64,000 bases of DNA from a virus. Lineage: Duplodnaviria > Caudoviricetes. Positions 31,001-41,615 of the stretch are shown piece after piece. How positions within the stretch are numbered: the first letter of the stretch is position 1; each line of letters opens with the position of its first letter. The position numbers and the translations under genes are program-made. The notes beneath the pieces were generated by a model, which saw only the letters and a program-made list of their open reading frames with translations, was not told the DNA's origin and ran no database searches. Where the stretch lies: positions 1,834-65,833 of IMG/VR virus record IMGVR_UViG_3300025732_000037. One strand, written 5' to 3'.

Positions 31001-34000
31001 AATCAGAAAGATCAAAATTAACAATATAATTTCTTATCAAATTGACAGGTGGATTTATTGGCGAAATAACACCAGGAGTAGAAGAGAAAATAGTAATATT
31101 TTCTGTAGTTAGATTTGTTGAGTTGTAGTAACTATTGGCTAATTGAATTTTGTCCGGATCAATTACAATAACATAATACATTCCATTATTAACTAATCCA
31201 GAAGCCGGAGTTACTGCAGTATATAAAACTTTTTGTCCATTATAAAATCCATGTTTGTTGATAGTAATAATACTATTTGAAGTATCAATTGAACTGAATG
31301 ATCTTGGATTAATTATTATCCTGCGATTATAATCATCATACTTAACAATAATTGAGGTTTCTATACCAGATTTAACGTTTATTGTAACCGAATCAAGTAG
31401 AGATAGACCATGAGTTTGTGCAGTAGACACTGTAACTATATTTTTAGTTACCTTTGTACTTAAAAGATTGGAATAATTTGTTTTAAAACTATGAATTTGC
31501 CCGGTTCCTACTGAAGTAATATAAAGTATTTCTGATACAGTAGAACCAATACCAACAAATGTTCCAGTTGATCCAATACCAACTTTAGATGTTGATATTC
31601 CAATTAAATCATTTGAAATTTTTGCAACATAAACTATAGAATTATTTGAAAGTTGGAAACTATTAATGCCATCTGTGGAGACAGAAATAGGAGTTCCGCC
31701 ATTTGAAAAATATGTTAAAGAATCTCCAGTATTTAAATCGTGATTTTCAAAATATATTGATCTAGTTGGAATTACTAATTCAGTAATTCCTGCACCTGGA
31801 TTTGAAAAATAAAGCGTACTTCCAATTCCAATTCCCGATAGTGTACCCAATCCTACTGATTCAGTTGGGTTAAAATAAATTTCTCTGTTAATATTAAAGT
31901 TATATGATGTCGATATTCCAAAATTTAAAGTAATTTTTCTTGGTTTTTCTGTTATTATAGTTCCAGATGAATATGATGTTAATCCTATGGTTCCATTAAA
32001 ATTACGTAAAACTCTTATTCTTGATGATTTTGAATCTACATTTAATACTTTAACCTGTTCTTGTCCAAATTGATAAATGTCATTTTCTCTAATTTCTGGG
32101 TGATTTAGATTACCAGAAACATTAAAATAGGTTACAATTCCTGTATACTGCGCAGACCCAACTCCACTAGTTAAAGTTAAGAAATTTTGTAATACCTTTA
32201 TATTCCCAGATTTTCTATAATCATATTTACCGGTGATGTTTACAAGATCATTATTTGATAATCCATGAGGAGTTGTTGTAAATCCAATAAATTCTTGATT
32301 ATATGGATAGAAAATTACATCATTATAAGAAGAAGATGCGACACTAATTTGAGTTACTTCTTTGCCTTTTATTTTTGTGACTTTTGCCTTTGTATTAGAA
32401 TACGAAAAATCATCAGTAAATTTTAAAACATCATTAACTTTATAATCATTTCCTCCAGTTATTATTCCTACATTGTACACGTTACCAGAGGTAACACTAT
32501 TAACGATAGATTTTTGTTGTTTGATTGTATTCGGATTGACTAAGTAATCGTAATCTTTTAGATTATAAGGAGTGATATTTCTCCTCCAGTCAGTCTGATT
32601 TATATCAATAAAATCTTGGTTTGATGAAGGTTTAAAATTAAACTCTATTAATTTAAACTTATATGTTGGTCCTACAGCGTATGGGAAAACTGGATTTTTG
32701 AATCTAACTTCACTATTATCAATAGTAGTAAAGTAAGCATATACTCCATATGGATATTCTGGAGTTATACAAAATCTTCCATTATGCTCATCTAGATCTC
32801 CGTCTGCATTGTATACATAATCTTCAATGAAAAATCCTTGAGGATACAGAGAAAGAGATGGTCTATCGATTCTTGAATTAAGTTCTGGATCAATTTTGTA
32901 ACTAGATGATAATAATTTTACAGAACCACCAGTTTTTGAAGAATATCCATAAGGACCATATATTGGACTACCATCATAAGCCCAACCTAAAATTGGAGAA
33001 TGTGCAGTTGATGTCAGTTCATTATTGTTGATAAATTGTAAATCTGAGGTATAATTAATTTCACCATCTACAAAACTAGTTGCTTGAGCAAGTTTTCGTA
33101 ACTGCTTAGGAGCATATGCGTGTGTGTATTGTAATCCAAATGACGGATTTAATCCCGTTGTTAGTACGCCATCATCATTCGGTAGTTGTGAGTTTAATCT
33201 CAACCTCTCAACCAAATTTATTTTCCAAGGTTTAATCTGAGCCTCAAATTTTGCCCCGCTTCCACCAGAAGTTATATTGATGAAAGTATTTGAATTATCA
33301 TAACCAGCTCCACCATAAATTACATCTACTTTTATTAATGTTCCATTCGAAAAAACAGGAGCTAATACTGCGCCAGATCCAGAACCAATGATCTCAATAT
33401 TTGGTGCTGAAATATATCCACTTCCTGAACTTTGTACCAAGACTTCTACAATCTTTCCATCAAAAATAACAGGTTTAACTTGAATTCCTGATCCAGAATT
33501 TAACTGAAATAGAGGTTGCCTATTATAGTTAAGAATATCTTCAGAACCATAGTTATTTCCACCAGATTCTATACATACTGACTGAATTTTACCTCTGAAT
33601 ACTGGTCTAATTGCGGCATTAAAATTTTGTCCAGTTAAAGTAGATATTCCAATTCTTCCATTTATAATAACTTCAATTTCCGGATAATTAAACTTATGGA
33701 GACCTGATCCAGTTGATGTTAAGTTTATATATTGATTTGTATCATAATAGAAAGAAGTTGTAATTCCTAGAGAAGAAATACCAATCTGAGACAATCTAAA
33801 TTGATTGTCATTTATTTTTGTTATATAATAAGAAGACTCCGAAGTTAAACCGCTAATTGGAGTTTCTGTTGGATGATACGTTACAATTTCTCCACTCAAA
33901 TATCCATGATTTTCGATACTAATAATATTAGAAGAAGTATTAATTCCAGTTGGATTTGCAATTGATAATTTATTTTGATAATTTTCTCCAGAATTTTCAA

Positions 34001-36752
34001 TACTAATAGAACTTATTTTTTTCTTTTTATTCCTCGATTTGAATAAATGATTTCCCACACCAAATGATGTTAGGTTTATGGTATTAATACCAATGACTGC
34101 ATCATCAAAAGACGGATATAATTTTATTGTTTTTCCATCCTGAACGGAAATAAAATATGAAGAATTTGAAACCAATCCTCCGATTGGTGTTTGTTCTTCC
34201 GATGAATAGATAACTTCTTCAATATCTCTAAACTTATGATAAGTTGAAAAACCAATAGTATTAATTGGACTGAGATTTACGAAACCAGTAGAACCTTGAG
34301 AATTAAAATTAACTTGATGATCAAAACTTACTAGATTTGCTCTTGCTTTTGCTTGAGATCCATTTCCACCTTTGATTACTATCAAAGGATCCTCCAAATA
34401 ATCAAATCCAGGGTCTAGAATGTCTATTCGTTCAAGACTACCAATTACTGAACAATATGCAGTTACACCAGAACCAATTGGATCAATGACAGTTAACTCT
34501 GGTGGATTAATAATATCATAACCAGATCCAGAAGAAGTTGGGATGATCTTTTGGATTGGGCCATAATAAACATTATCTTTAGACTTGTAATTTAAGAGTT
34601 CAACTCCATTAATAAAAATTCCAATTAATCCGGGTTCAGTTTCATATACATTTCCATCATTCTCTGGAACTGAAATTCTTCTAATTAACTTTTGAGATTC
34701 TAAAGTTTGACTTGTTAGATCTGTGTAAGTAAATTCTGAGAGTTCAAATTTAACATTTGTTACTGTGGTTGATGCTATCGAAACAAAATTATCAGTAAAA
34801 ATATTGTTTCTACTTCTTGATAGTTTTACTTCAGTGTCACTAATCTTTTTGATGAAGTATATTCCAGTAGAAATTCCCAAATTATTATTTGGAGTTGGTC
34901 GATAAACAATAGAATCTCCGGTATATAAACCATGATTACCTATTTGTAAAATAGTTCCTTTTGTTGCATCAGTTTCATCTTCTGGAGTAAATGTACCACT
35001 AAAAGTTATTGAACGATCTCTTATATCTAATGGACTATCTTGATATGAAGGTAGCGATGGAGAAGCTACATATAAACTAGAATCTTCTTTAGAATAATAA
35101 ATATTTTGAATATTCGATGTATATTTGTTTACTTCTGGGTAGTTTGGAGAATTAACCTTTAATAAATTTTTTCTTACAGTATAAGAAAGACTTTCATTTA
35201 ATAAAGATTGCTCTGAACCAAACTGAACAATGAATGATCTTGAATTTTCAAATGAAGTAACTGATCCAGTTTGTTCGACTCCGCTTGAAGGAATAAGAGT
35301 TACCGAATCTCCAACTTTTATTAGATGATCATCAACTGTGTTAATTGCATAAGAACCATCTGAAGTATCTAAAAGTTCAACAGATTTGACTTCGTATTTT
35401 GTTGAAAGATTGAAAAACCAATCATTTGATTTATAATCCTTTAAATCTATTCCTAATGTTTTAATTTTTATAGTATCTCCTTTAGAATAGAATCTTGTAT
35501 TATTTGGTATATTCAATTCGGAGAGAACACCAAGAATTCTTACTTTTATTCTTTCTGTTGTATCAGCATTTTGATCTCTGTAATCACCATATGCAAAAGC
35601 ATTATATTTCATTTCCGTTTTTAATGGAATATCCTGATCGATTCCAGAACAATTTAAAAACTGATTTAGTGTCTTAGATCTATAATTAATCTTTAAAGTT
35701 GTTCCATTTTCCAAATTAACAACTAAATTTCCACTACTAGGAAATGAAACTGTAGAATCAACATCGAGAGTATTTGATCCAGATATTGCAGAAGTAACTA
35801 ATCTAGTCTTTGGATGAATAGAAAATTTACCATAAACAGTACCACTGGGTAAAATATCTTTATTATAATCAGCATCTAAACTTATTACATAATAATCTTT
35901 TTGATTTCTTCTGATTTTTTCTATTTTTGTTATGGTTCCTTGTGCACTATTTAAAAATCCATCTCCATCTTGTTTAAAAGTTAAATTAACAAGATTTTCT
36001 GGATTTCCCTCTATTTTTTCTACAACTAGATCAGAAGTAATTCTATATTGTGCATTGGATGGTTCTATTAAGTAATCTCTTGGTCTAATTATTTCCACAT
36101 TTTTCCCATACAAGGCACCAAAAAGAATCTTAAAAGAATTATCAGTTCCTTTTGATGAATAAAAATCAATAGTTTGTTTAATAAAAAGTCTTTGGTTCAA
36201 ATCCGAATATAACTTTCTATCTTCAAAACCAGGAGTTACTTGTTTCTTTACTTTATATAAAAATTGCTTGAGAAAAAGAATACTTAAATTTATAACTTTT
36301 GTTGGATTCCCATCTGAATCTAATGCATAGTGCTGCTGAGACTCAGAATCAACAAATGAAAGTTCATCATTGGAATAATATGTAGTAATTCCACTAAAAC
36401 CACGAACACATCCCTCAAATGAAGTAGATGTTTTTGAAGTATATGTTATGATTTCAGAATCAATTAGAAGAAGACCATATGATTCTGGAAATCCCGCAGT
36501 GGATTTTACTGAAATGCTAGAATCAAAAAAAGTTATATCCGAAGTCAGTGTAGTAGAATCTATTAAGTTTGTTAGGTTATCAACGTTGATATATTGATCA
36601 ATATTCTGAAGTATATCACTTACTCCACCTTGACTTTCCAGTGAAGTGTAATATTGTGTTAAAAATTCAGAAGCGAGAGGAAACTCTTCTATTACATATT
36701 GAGGGAATTGATTTTCAACAATTGAACTAACTTTGATTCTGGTTTCTTTCAT
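28032..36752 (-). CDS. g7: Baseplate wedge initiator gp7-like, N-terminal portion
   Basis: 2906 aa after g6; FYSSKGT, HSPILGWAYDG, DLDEHNGRF, DSDYYQYFSY and HTAGFKKF motifs. Confidence 0.8.
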   Translation of the reverse strand: MKETRIKVSSIVENQFPQYVIEEFPLASEFLTQYYTSLESQGGVSDILQNIDQYINVDNLTNLIDSTTLTSDITFFDSSISVKSTAGFPESYGLLLIDSEIITYTSKTSTSFEGCVRGFSGITTYYSNDELSFVDSESQQHYALDSDGNPTKVINLSILFLKQFLYKVKKQVTPGFEDRKLYSDLNQRLFIKQTIDFYSSKGTDNSFKILFGALYGKNVEIIRPRDYLIEPSNAQYRITSDLVVEKIEGNPENLVNLTFKQDGDGFLNSAQGTITKIEKIRRNQKDYYVISLDADYNKDILPSGTVYGKFSIHPKTRLVTSAISGSNTLDVDSTVSFPSSGNLVVNLENGTTLKINYRSKTLNQFLNCSGIDQDIPLKTEMKYNAFAYGDYRDQNADTTERIKVRILGVLSELNIPNNTRFYSKGDTIKIKTLGIDLKDYKSNDWFFNLSTKYEVKSVELLDTSDGSYAINTVDDHLIKVGDSVTLIPSSGVEQTGSVTSFENSRSFIVQFGSEQSLLNESLSYTVRKNLLKVNSPNYPEVNKYTSNIQNIYYSKEDSSLYVASPSLPSYQDSPLDIRDRSITFSGTFTPEDETDATKGTILQIGNHGLYTGDSIVYRPTPNNNLGISTGIYFIKKISDTEVKLSRSRNNIFTDNFVSIASTTVTNVKFELSEFTYTDLTSQTLESQKLIRRISVPENDGNVYETEPGLIGIFINGVELLNYKSKDNVYYGPIQKIIPTSSGSGYDIINPPELTVIDPIGSGVTAYCSVIGSLERIDILDPGFDYLEDPLIVIKGGNGSQAKARANLVSFDHQVNFNSQGSTGFVNLSPINTIGFSTYHKFRDIEEVIYSSEEQTPIGGLVSNSSYFISVQDGKTIKLYPSFDDAVIGINTINLTSFGVGNHLFKSRNKKKKISSISIENSGENYQNKLSIANPTGINTSSNIISIENHGYLSGEIVTYHPTETPISGLTSESSYYITKINDNQFRLSQIGISSLGITTSFYYDTNQYINLTSTGSGLHKFNYPEIEVIINGRIGISTLTGQNFNAAIRPVFRGKIQSVCIESGGNNYGSEDILNYNRQPLFQLNSGSGIQVKPVIFDGKIVEVLVQSSGSGYISAPNIEIIGSGSGAVLAPVFSNGTLIKVDVIYGGAGYDNSNTFINITSGGSGAKFEAQIKPWKINLVERLRLNSQLPNDDGVLTTGLNPSFGLQYTHAYAPKQLRKLAQATSFVDGEINYTSDLQFINNNELTSTAHSPILGWAYDGSPIYGPYGYSSKTGGSVKLLSSSYKIDPELNSRIDRPSLSLYPQGFFIEDYVYNADGDLDEHNGRFCITPEYPYGVYAYFTTIDNSEVRFKNPVFPYAVGPTYKFKLIEFNFKPSSNQDFIDINQTDWRRNITPYNLKDYDYLVNPNTIKQQKSIVNSVTSGNVYNVGIITGGNDYKVNDVLKFTDDFSYSNTKAKVTKIKGKEVTQISVASSSYNDVIFYPYNQEFIGFTTTPHGLSNNDLVNITGKYDYRKSGNIKVLQNFLTLTSGVGSAQYTGIVTYFNVSGNLNHPEIRENDIYQFGQEQVKVLNVDSKSSRIRVLRNFNGTIGLTSYSSGTIITEKPRKITLNFGISTSYNFNINREIYFNPTESVGLGTLSGIGIGSTLYFSNPGAGITELVIPTRSIYFENHDLNTGDSLTYFSNGGTPISVSTDGINSFQLSNNSIVYVAKISNDLIGISTSKVGIGSTGTFVGIGSTVSEILYITSVGTGQIHSFKTNYSNLLSTKVTKNIVTVSTAQTHGLSLLDSVTINVKSGIETSIIVKYDDYNRRIIINPRSFSSIDTSNSIITINKHGFYNGQKVLYTAVTPASGLVNNGMYYVIVIDPDKIQLANSYYNSTNLTTENITIFSSTPGVISPINPPVNLIRNYIVNFDLSDSSLSFVRNSVSYPAFELKLFKDSTLSEEFDTTELTITFELQKSGLVGIDSTAKLTLKLNDKVPSELYYNLVPINLDLNQQIKKDIILDSEVVSNNKISINESEYNGTYTISEISPSTFKYNILKNPEVVSYNNGIEYYTDSHNPTGPIKEITILNKGNGYSTLPGISSIISESGENAYLIPDSNNIGKVTSVTLQDIGFDYSSDYSVRPTARFPSILQLESLSTFDYIGISSFGKNYNTPPNLIVIDGLTNKVLKDVVLSYSPGDTNVTIERNTTELSNSIPTIIPINNSNGIKIQNIIFNPSNKDVVVTLDANFSDAEDFPFFVGEKVLIEGINVATSTTESVRGYNSSEYNYTLFTINSVDPNIGGIGATVAYNLSPYLDVDEVPGNFSSFYSSGRIIPQSQFPTFVPVLKRNDFYEGEVVYSDNSSGEIERWDSINQYLKVSTSDDFESGDIIRGKTSASTAIVKSLEINDTTYIVNSSSKVKKGWNRDTGFLNNDFQRIHDSDYYQYFSYDIKSQVDLSIWDNPVSTLNHTAGFKKFGNLIIESSTGSVGIASTDQNSGDSTSIADFSNAINLNCVTDFDLASENNLILDNSLYSSEIIFNSRLIQDYIESISNRVLVIDDLSEQFNSNPRATEFSVVDSFLLEDFRSRKYVISIQDKKFVGENQLSMVSLIHNNETGFINQYGLYSFVDLGSFDFSITGNTGNLLFYPNKSKLNNYNLQLFNFSLRDISTGIGTISLGDVSSLFTNTVTIPQGSSAGIGNSIVGIATTVRSSKVLVQIGATDSSYYEYDEVTYIHDNTNVYLMDYGQITTNSFNSRSTSGIGTYNAYISGGNVIIDLIPDAETEVDYVINTLIVSISTSGFSSTGSQTLEGSSINSYSVGIASSSSPSITTITSYLNNVYNISYSIISIEDLTSLNYQVSEFLVISNTNTNECYITEFGSLYSDSPLGSISAGLSGDITNIYFTPNENIEVDIKVFQTNVGLLV

Positions 36753-36756
36753 TTGA

Positions 36757-38667
36757 TTATATTCTTACGAGATCTCCGTTGTTATAACTTGATGTAAATT
36801 TATATGTGGAACCAGAAATATCTGCTCCAGAAGAAATTTCATCAGATAACATATTTAATGTACTATTATTAATATCTAGTTGCAAATATAAATCCTGCAA
36901 TCCGATCACATCATTTGATTTTGGAATTGCTGAAATCTGAATAATTGGTTGTGCAAATGAAGTTTTAGTTGTAGAAGTTATGTTTACCGGATATAAAATA
37001 ATCTCTCCTTTTGCGTAATTAATTTTTCCTGCATCTTTTTTAATAATTACAGGATTTGTTGGGGATTGGAGTCTAAAGAATGATATTGTTCCGGTGATGC
37101 CATCTGAATTTGGAAAATCTGCAAGATACAATGTTCCAGTTGTCCCCGCAATAGTAAATCCAGAAGATTTGATATTATATCCATTTGATTTTTGAATAAA
37201 AAATTCATTACCAAAACATATTTCATAATCAGCAAACTTACTTGTTTCTGCTCTTAAATCTCTTCTGATTTTAATTTTTGTAATGTTAGAAGTTATAGAA
37301 TTATCAGAATCGTCAATTATTTTCAAAAATTTACTATATTTAAAGCGAGCGCCATATCTATTCAATTCACTAGAGTCTGCATATCTCTGTATATTATTAA
37401 GAATAGTCGTTTTAATTTGATTTGGATCTAGAATATTATTTGAATTATAGTAGGCAACAGTATCTGATTCTACATAGAGATATTTAAGGTCAATAATTTC
37501 AGGAACTATTCCAGCGACGGAGTATCTCCTCAAAGAATTTCTAATATTATCTTTAACTTGGTTTGATACAAATGGACCATTAACTGGTTTAATACTAATA
37601 AAAACTCTTCCATATTTTGGTGGACTTAAATCTTCTCCACCAAAAACAGAAATTGATTCTGCTTCAGGATAAATTGTAGGAATAATTGTTTCGTAGTCAG
37701 TAGCCGTTACTGCACGATTTTGTGAAGAATATTTTCTGGGAGCATATTTCTTAATAGACTCTACTGATTCAATTTCTCTTCCATTTTGAGATGGAGAATT
37801 TGTTGTGATTAGTGAAATGCCAGTAGTGACAACACGATTATTATTATCTACGATTCTTCCATTAAAATTAAATGCTGATACTCCATTTGCATCCTCTCCA
37901 TTGGTTATAATGTAAGAAACTTCTATAAAGTTTTGATTGTCTAGTTTTTTTCCAAAAATACCATCACCAAAAATTAATTCATATCTTTGATCTTCTATTT
38001 CCTGAATGAAAAAGACTCTTGATTCTGAATCAATATCAAAAAGATTTTTTGATATTTTAAAAGTTTTTCTAATTGTACTTTGTTGATTATTTCTAACACT
38101 TACTTGAATTGAGTCAATATCAATATTAGTATTATCTAAAATAAAACGTTGATTTGGATTATTTGAGTCTACCGTAAATGTATTAACTACAAAAGCGCCT
38201 TCATAAACATTTATATTTTCAAATAATGCAATATTATTTACAACTGGAACAGTAATATCTTGAGGAATCGTGAAAGTATAATTTTGATTTCCAAATACTG
38301 CAGAAGTTGTGCAAATAATACCCTTTTTAAGAGTCAAAGTAATTGGATTTGTAGTAAATCCTGCAGTATCGACAAAGAATGTTATATTTGACTTTGCTGC
38401 TGAACGAGAACGTGGAACATAACCAATATTTCTTGCAAGAGAAACAACATTTTCTCTTAGTGTTGCACTATCAATAAAAACCTCATTACTCACCATATTT
38501 GCATTATATGATGAGATATAGGTATTATACGCTAAAACATCTATTATAGTAGAAAGATTCGATCCTTCAAAATCATAATCAGTAAAATTCGAATTCGCTC
38601 TAAGATAATCACGAATTGAGAATTTAATTTGATCGAAATCTAAATTAGTAAAATTTACTAGTGACAT
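36757..38667 (-). CDS. g6: Baseplate wedge subunit gp6
   Basis: FTDYDFEGS, DSATLRENVVSLARNIGY and QNRAVTATDY motifs. Confidence 0.95.
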   Translation of the reverse strand: MSLVNFTNLDFDQIKFSIRDYLRANSNFTDYDFEGSNLSTIIDVLAYNTYISSYNANMVSNEVFIDSATLRENVVSLARNIGYVPRSRSAAKSNITFFVDTAGFTTNPITLTLKKGIICTTSAVFGNQNYTFTIPQDITVPVVNNIALFENINVYEGAFVVNTFTVDSNNPNQRFILDNTNIDIDSIQVSVRNNQQSTIRKTFKISKNLFDIDSESRVFFIQEIEDQRYELIFGDGIFGKKLDNQNFIEVSYIITNGEDANGVSAFNFNGRIVDNNNRVVTTGISLITTNSPSQNGREIESVESIKKYAPRKYSSQNRAVTATDYETIIPTIYPEAESISVFGGEDLSPPKYGRVFISIKPVNGPFVSNQVKDNIRNSLRRYSVAGIVPEIIDLKYLYVESDTVAYYNSNNILDPNQIKTTILNNIQRYADSSELNRYGARFKYSKFLKIIDDSDNSITSNITKIKIRRDLRAETSKFADYEICFGNEFFIQKSNGYNIKSSGFTIAGTTGTLYLADFPNSDGITGTISFFRLQSPTNPVIIKKDAGKINYAKGEIILYPVNITSTTKTSFAQPIIQISAIPKSNDVIGLQDLYLQLDINNSTLNMLSDEISSGADISGSTYKFTSSYNNGDLVRI

Positions 38668-39069
38668 TTATCGTGTTGGATGAAGTGCAAATGATAATTG
38701 TTGTGGAAGAACGTCGATTCCAACAATACGGTAGTTAATCGTCACATAAAAATCATTATCATCAAAATTCGGTACGACAGTTACCTCAATTAATTCTACT
38801 CTAGGTTCATAATTTAAAATTGTATTTTCAATTTCATCCTTTATGATGGATGCAGAAATATCATCAATATTTTCAAAAAGAGCACGACTTATCCCTGATC
38901 CTAGATTTTCATTAAAAAATCTTTCTCCAGGATAGGTAAGTACTAAATTCCTTATAGAACGAGCAATTGCGGTTTCATTTTTAAGAACAATTAAATCATA
39001 ATTAATAGGATTTACTTGAAAAGACATACTTATATCTTTAAATCCTTTACTTACCCGTTCTACAGGCAT
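38668..39069 (-). CDS. g25: Baseplate wedge subunit gp25
   Basis: SIRNLVLT.PGERFF and YEPRV motifs. Confidence 0.93.
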   Translation of the reverse strand: MPVERVSKGFKDISMSFQVNPINYDLIVLKNETAIARSIRNLVLTYPGERFFNENLGSGISRALFENIDDISASIIKDEIENTILNYEPRVELIEVTVVPNFDDNDFYVTINYRIVGIDVLPQQLSFALHPTR

Positions 39070-39093
39070 AAAAAAATATAAAAACTGTATTAT

Positions 39094-39351
39094 TTATTCG
39101 GTTTTTTTGGATTCGTAAAGAGGTTCTGTTCCATATTCCCAATCATCATAATCCTCATCATTGCGAATTTTGGAATGAATTTCATTTTGAATTTTAAAAT
39201 CATGTTTTTTTGGTGTTAGATCATCATTTGAGATCTCACGAAGCATTTTTTGTCTCAAAATTTTCTCTTCCCAACCATATTCTGAGGACAAATATTGTGT
39301 ACCCCATTCATTTTTCATAAAATCTTCGTTTTTATCAACTTTTTTAGTCAT
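39094..39351 (-). CDS. Hypothetical protein
   Basis: 85-aa ORF in operon orientation. Confidence 0.6.
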   Translation of the reverse strand: MTKKVDKNEDFMKNEWGTQYLSSEYGWEEKILRQKMLREISNDDLTPKKHDFKIQNEIHSKIRNDEDYDDWEYGTEPLYESKKTE

Positions 39352-39394
39352 TTTTTTCTCCTGATTTATAAAATCAGAACTTTTTACGGGGTTT

Positions 39395-39853
39395 CTATCC
39401 CGTTTTGACTATATCATAGTCATTTTGAAGAATTTCTTTAAGATACTCATCATCCCATAGGTCATAATATAAAGTTTTTGCTAAATTTTCACGAAATTTA
39501 CGTAATTTTTCAGTTGGTTGCGCTAAAATTAAATTGTACTTACCATTATTTGTTTGAATTCCATTGATATAGGTATCATAAGATCCACAATCTTCAAAAA
39601 ATTTCCATTTTTCATATTTTTGATTATAAAAATCAACCCAAAATTGAACGGAACTCAAATCAAAATAGTCTTCAACTATAAAAATGATAACCTGATACCC
39701 ATCTATTGGATTAATGTCCTCAACGGAGCACTCTACAATCTTAAATTTTGCATTTGATGCAAAAGGACAGATTGCAAATCCATTCAATTCTTTTCTTAGT
39801 TTTGATACTTCCTTAATCCAATTTAAAATGTGAAGTTCTTTTTCTGAAAACAT
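39395..39853 (-). CDS. Hypothetical protein
   Basis: ORF with ICPFA motif; likely start MFSEK. Confidence 0.6.
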   Translation of the reverse strand: MFSEKELHILNWIKEVSKLRKELNGFAICPFASNAKFKIVECSVEDINPIDGYQVIIFIVEDYFDLSSVQFWVDFYNQKYEKWKFFEDCGSYDTYINGIQTNNGKYNLILAQPTEKLRKFRENLAKTLYYDLWDDEYLKEILQNDYDIVKTG

Positions 39854-39891
39854 AAAAAAAGAGTGCTTATTGTATTTAAGCACTCTGAAAA

Positions 39892-40032
39892 TTATTTACC
39901 TTGACCTCTATATTTTTTCTTACGTCCATTGCGAGAAGTTGCACTCAGTAATGTGCGAGGAGAACGTCCTTGCCGAGTCTTCTTAGGCGCTCCGGGTTCA
40001 AAGAGAGTCTTATTGCCACCACCTTTTGCCAT
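39892..40032 (-). CDS. 46-aa highly basic protein
   Basis: Hand translation MAKGGGNKTLFEPGAPKKTRQGRSPRTLLSATSRNGRKKKYRGQGK with GGAGGT SD. Confidence 0.7.
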   Translation of the reverse strand: MAKGGGNKTLFEPGAPKKTRQGRSPRTLLSATSRNGRKKKYRGQGK

Positions 40033-40044
40033 AAATTACCTCCA

Positions 40045-40812
40045 TTAAATTACGCGAGTTTTCTCATGTCCTACTCTGATACGAGGATCGCACCAGATCT
40101 CAAATCCTGCCTCTTTTGCATCAAGACAGAAAGAAACGTCTTCACCACACATATCTTGAACTGCACCAGACTCAAAGACTTGCATCTTCGGAGCAAACCA
40201 AGGGTATTCAAGATTCTCAAAGACTCCCTTCTTAATCAGAACCCAACCAAAACCAGTGTAGTCTACTGTGAAAGGCTTTCTACGCTTGGAAATTGATTCC
40301 ACGGTTTCATGATTCATCACACCACCGTTCTTGCGGAAATCATCTTCCTCCAACCAGTGTGCGACAGATGTTGTGTGACCATCTTCGGTAGCATACCATC
40401 CAGCAACAACTTCTTTTTCTTCTCCATCTTCCGAAAGAGCAACATCACAGAGTTGCCAGAATTTGTTAGAATCAAAAACAATATCACTATCAATCCAGAG
40501 TTGATAATCATATTGTAGTTTACCATCCCAAGGAACTTGTTTTGGTCCTCTAAGTACATTTGCGCCGAGAACCTTACATCTTGCAAAGTTAACCATCGAG
40601 GAGTAATCCTGAGAAATCTGAATACTCATACCGTTTTGAACCATATCAAAACAGAGTTGTACAAATGCTTTGAGGAAAATAAAAGAGCATCCACGCCCAG
40701 GAAGGCAGAAGATAATTGATTTTCCCCTCATTCTTTCTTTAATCGCATCATAGTCCCACTCAGGTCCTGAGACTTTTGGTGCTGTTGCTTTAACTGTAAA
40801 TCCTTTTGCCAT
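40045..40812 (-). CDS. Glycosyltransferase-like protein (GT-A fold)
   Basis: DxD motif WIDSDIVF, TGFGWVLIK, GEDVSFC..VGHEK. Confidence 0.75.
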   Translation of the reverse strand: MAKGFTVKATAPKVSGPEWDYDAIKERMRGKSIIFCLPGRGCSFIFLKAFVQLCFDMVQNGMSIQISQDYSSMVNFARCKVLGANVLRGPKQVPWDGKLQYDYQLWIDSDIVFDSNKFWQLCDVALSEDGEEKEVVAGWYATEDGHTTSVAHWLEEDDFRKNGGVMNHETVESISKRRKPFTVDYTGFGWVLIKKGVFENLEYPWFAPKMQVFESGAVQDMCGEDVSFCLDAKEAGFEIWCDPRIRVGHEKTRVI

Positions 40813-40860
40813 AAGTTAAAATAACCTTCAGATCAATTTTATCGTCCTATTTAGTATTTG

Positions 40861-41061
40861 TCAATATGATGCATTTTGTACTATGTGTTTATTGACAGTC
40901 ACTTCTTCATACTTCAAATCTTCTTTTGAAATATTCGCACCTAACAAATCAACCATTCTGTGTAACATCTCCCAGATTTCAGAGAATTTACTCTCTGGGA
41001 GACTGTGATAGATGCACCGATCCTTTGCGTATATGTGATATAATTTTTCGTAATTTTCCAT
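40861..41061 (-). CDS. Hypothetical protein
   Basis: 66-aa ORF. Confidence 0.6.
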   Translation of the reverse strand: MENYEKLYHIYAKDRCIYHSLPESKFSEIWEMLHRMVDLLGANISKEDLKYEEVTVNKHIVQNASY

Positions 41062-41321
41062 AAAATTTTTCCGGATTTTTTATCTGGTCACCGCATTATA
41101 TATCATCACTAGCTGCGTTTATCTGGGCGCGACTTACCGTTCTTATGAATCCATCTTGTGAACGTTTTTTACCTCCGGAAATTTTTTATGAGATTGATAT
41201 TTATCGGTCGATTTGTCACCTCTGTAGGTTAGGGTAGTGATCGATTTTTATATATCGGGACAACGCCGCGCGACGCTATAACAAATCGGCGCGATTTAAC
41301 TGCTCTACGACTGTCCTCACG

Positions 41322-41350
41322 ATCATAACATAAGGGCGCTCCAGTGTCAA
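41322..41350 (-). promoter_or_regulatory. Sigma70-type early promoter
   Basis: TTGACA-17-TATGAT. Confidence 0.75.
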
Positions 41351-41371
41351 CCAGAGCACCCACAGTTAGTA

Positions 41372-41512
41372 TCAGAAATCAATCACATCTGCAGTGGGTT
41401 CGCTACCATAACCCTCCGAAACATCGTCAGAGGTGAGTGCATCAAGAATGGAAAGAATCTCAGTGCCAGTGTTACCTTGTGCCAGCAGGGAAACAAGAAC
41501 TTGCTTGGTCAT
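41372..41512 (-). CDS. 46-aa hypothetical protein
   Basis: Hand translation MTKQVLVSLLAQGNTGTEILSILDALTSDD... Confidence 0.55.
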   Translation of the reverse strand: MTKQVLVSLLAQGNTGTEILSILDALTSDDVSEGYGSEPTADVIDF

Positions 41513-41615
41513 AATGAAGAAGAAAAGTGTAAGAAACAGTGTGTGTTGTGAGTGTCTTTAACGGTCGGAGATTTCCAACCCTTTATAGTGGCGCACTCAT
41601 TCCACTTGCTATAAC

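Noticed and set aside
24714-36752. Genome-wide stop-codon reassignment
   Set aside because: Only one in-frame stop is seen; all other genes are intact under the standard code and many end in TAA.
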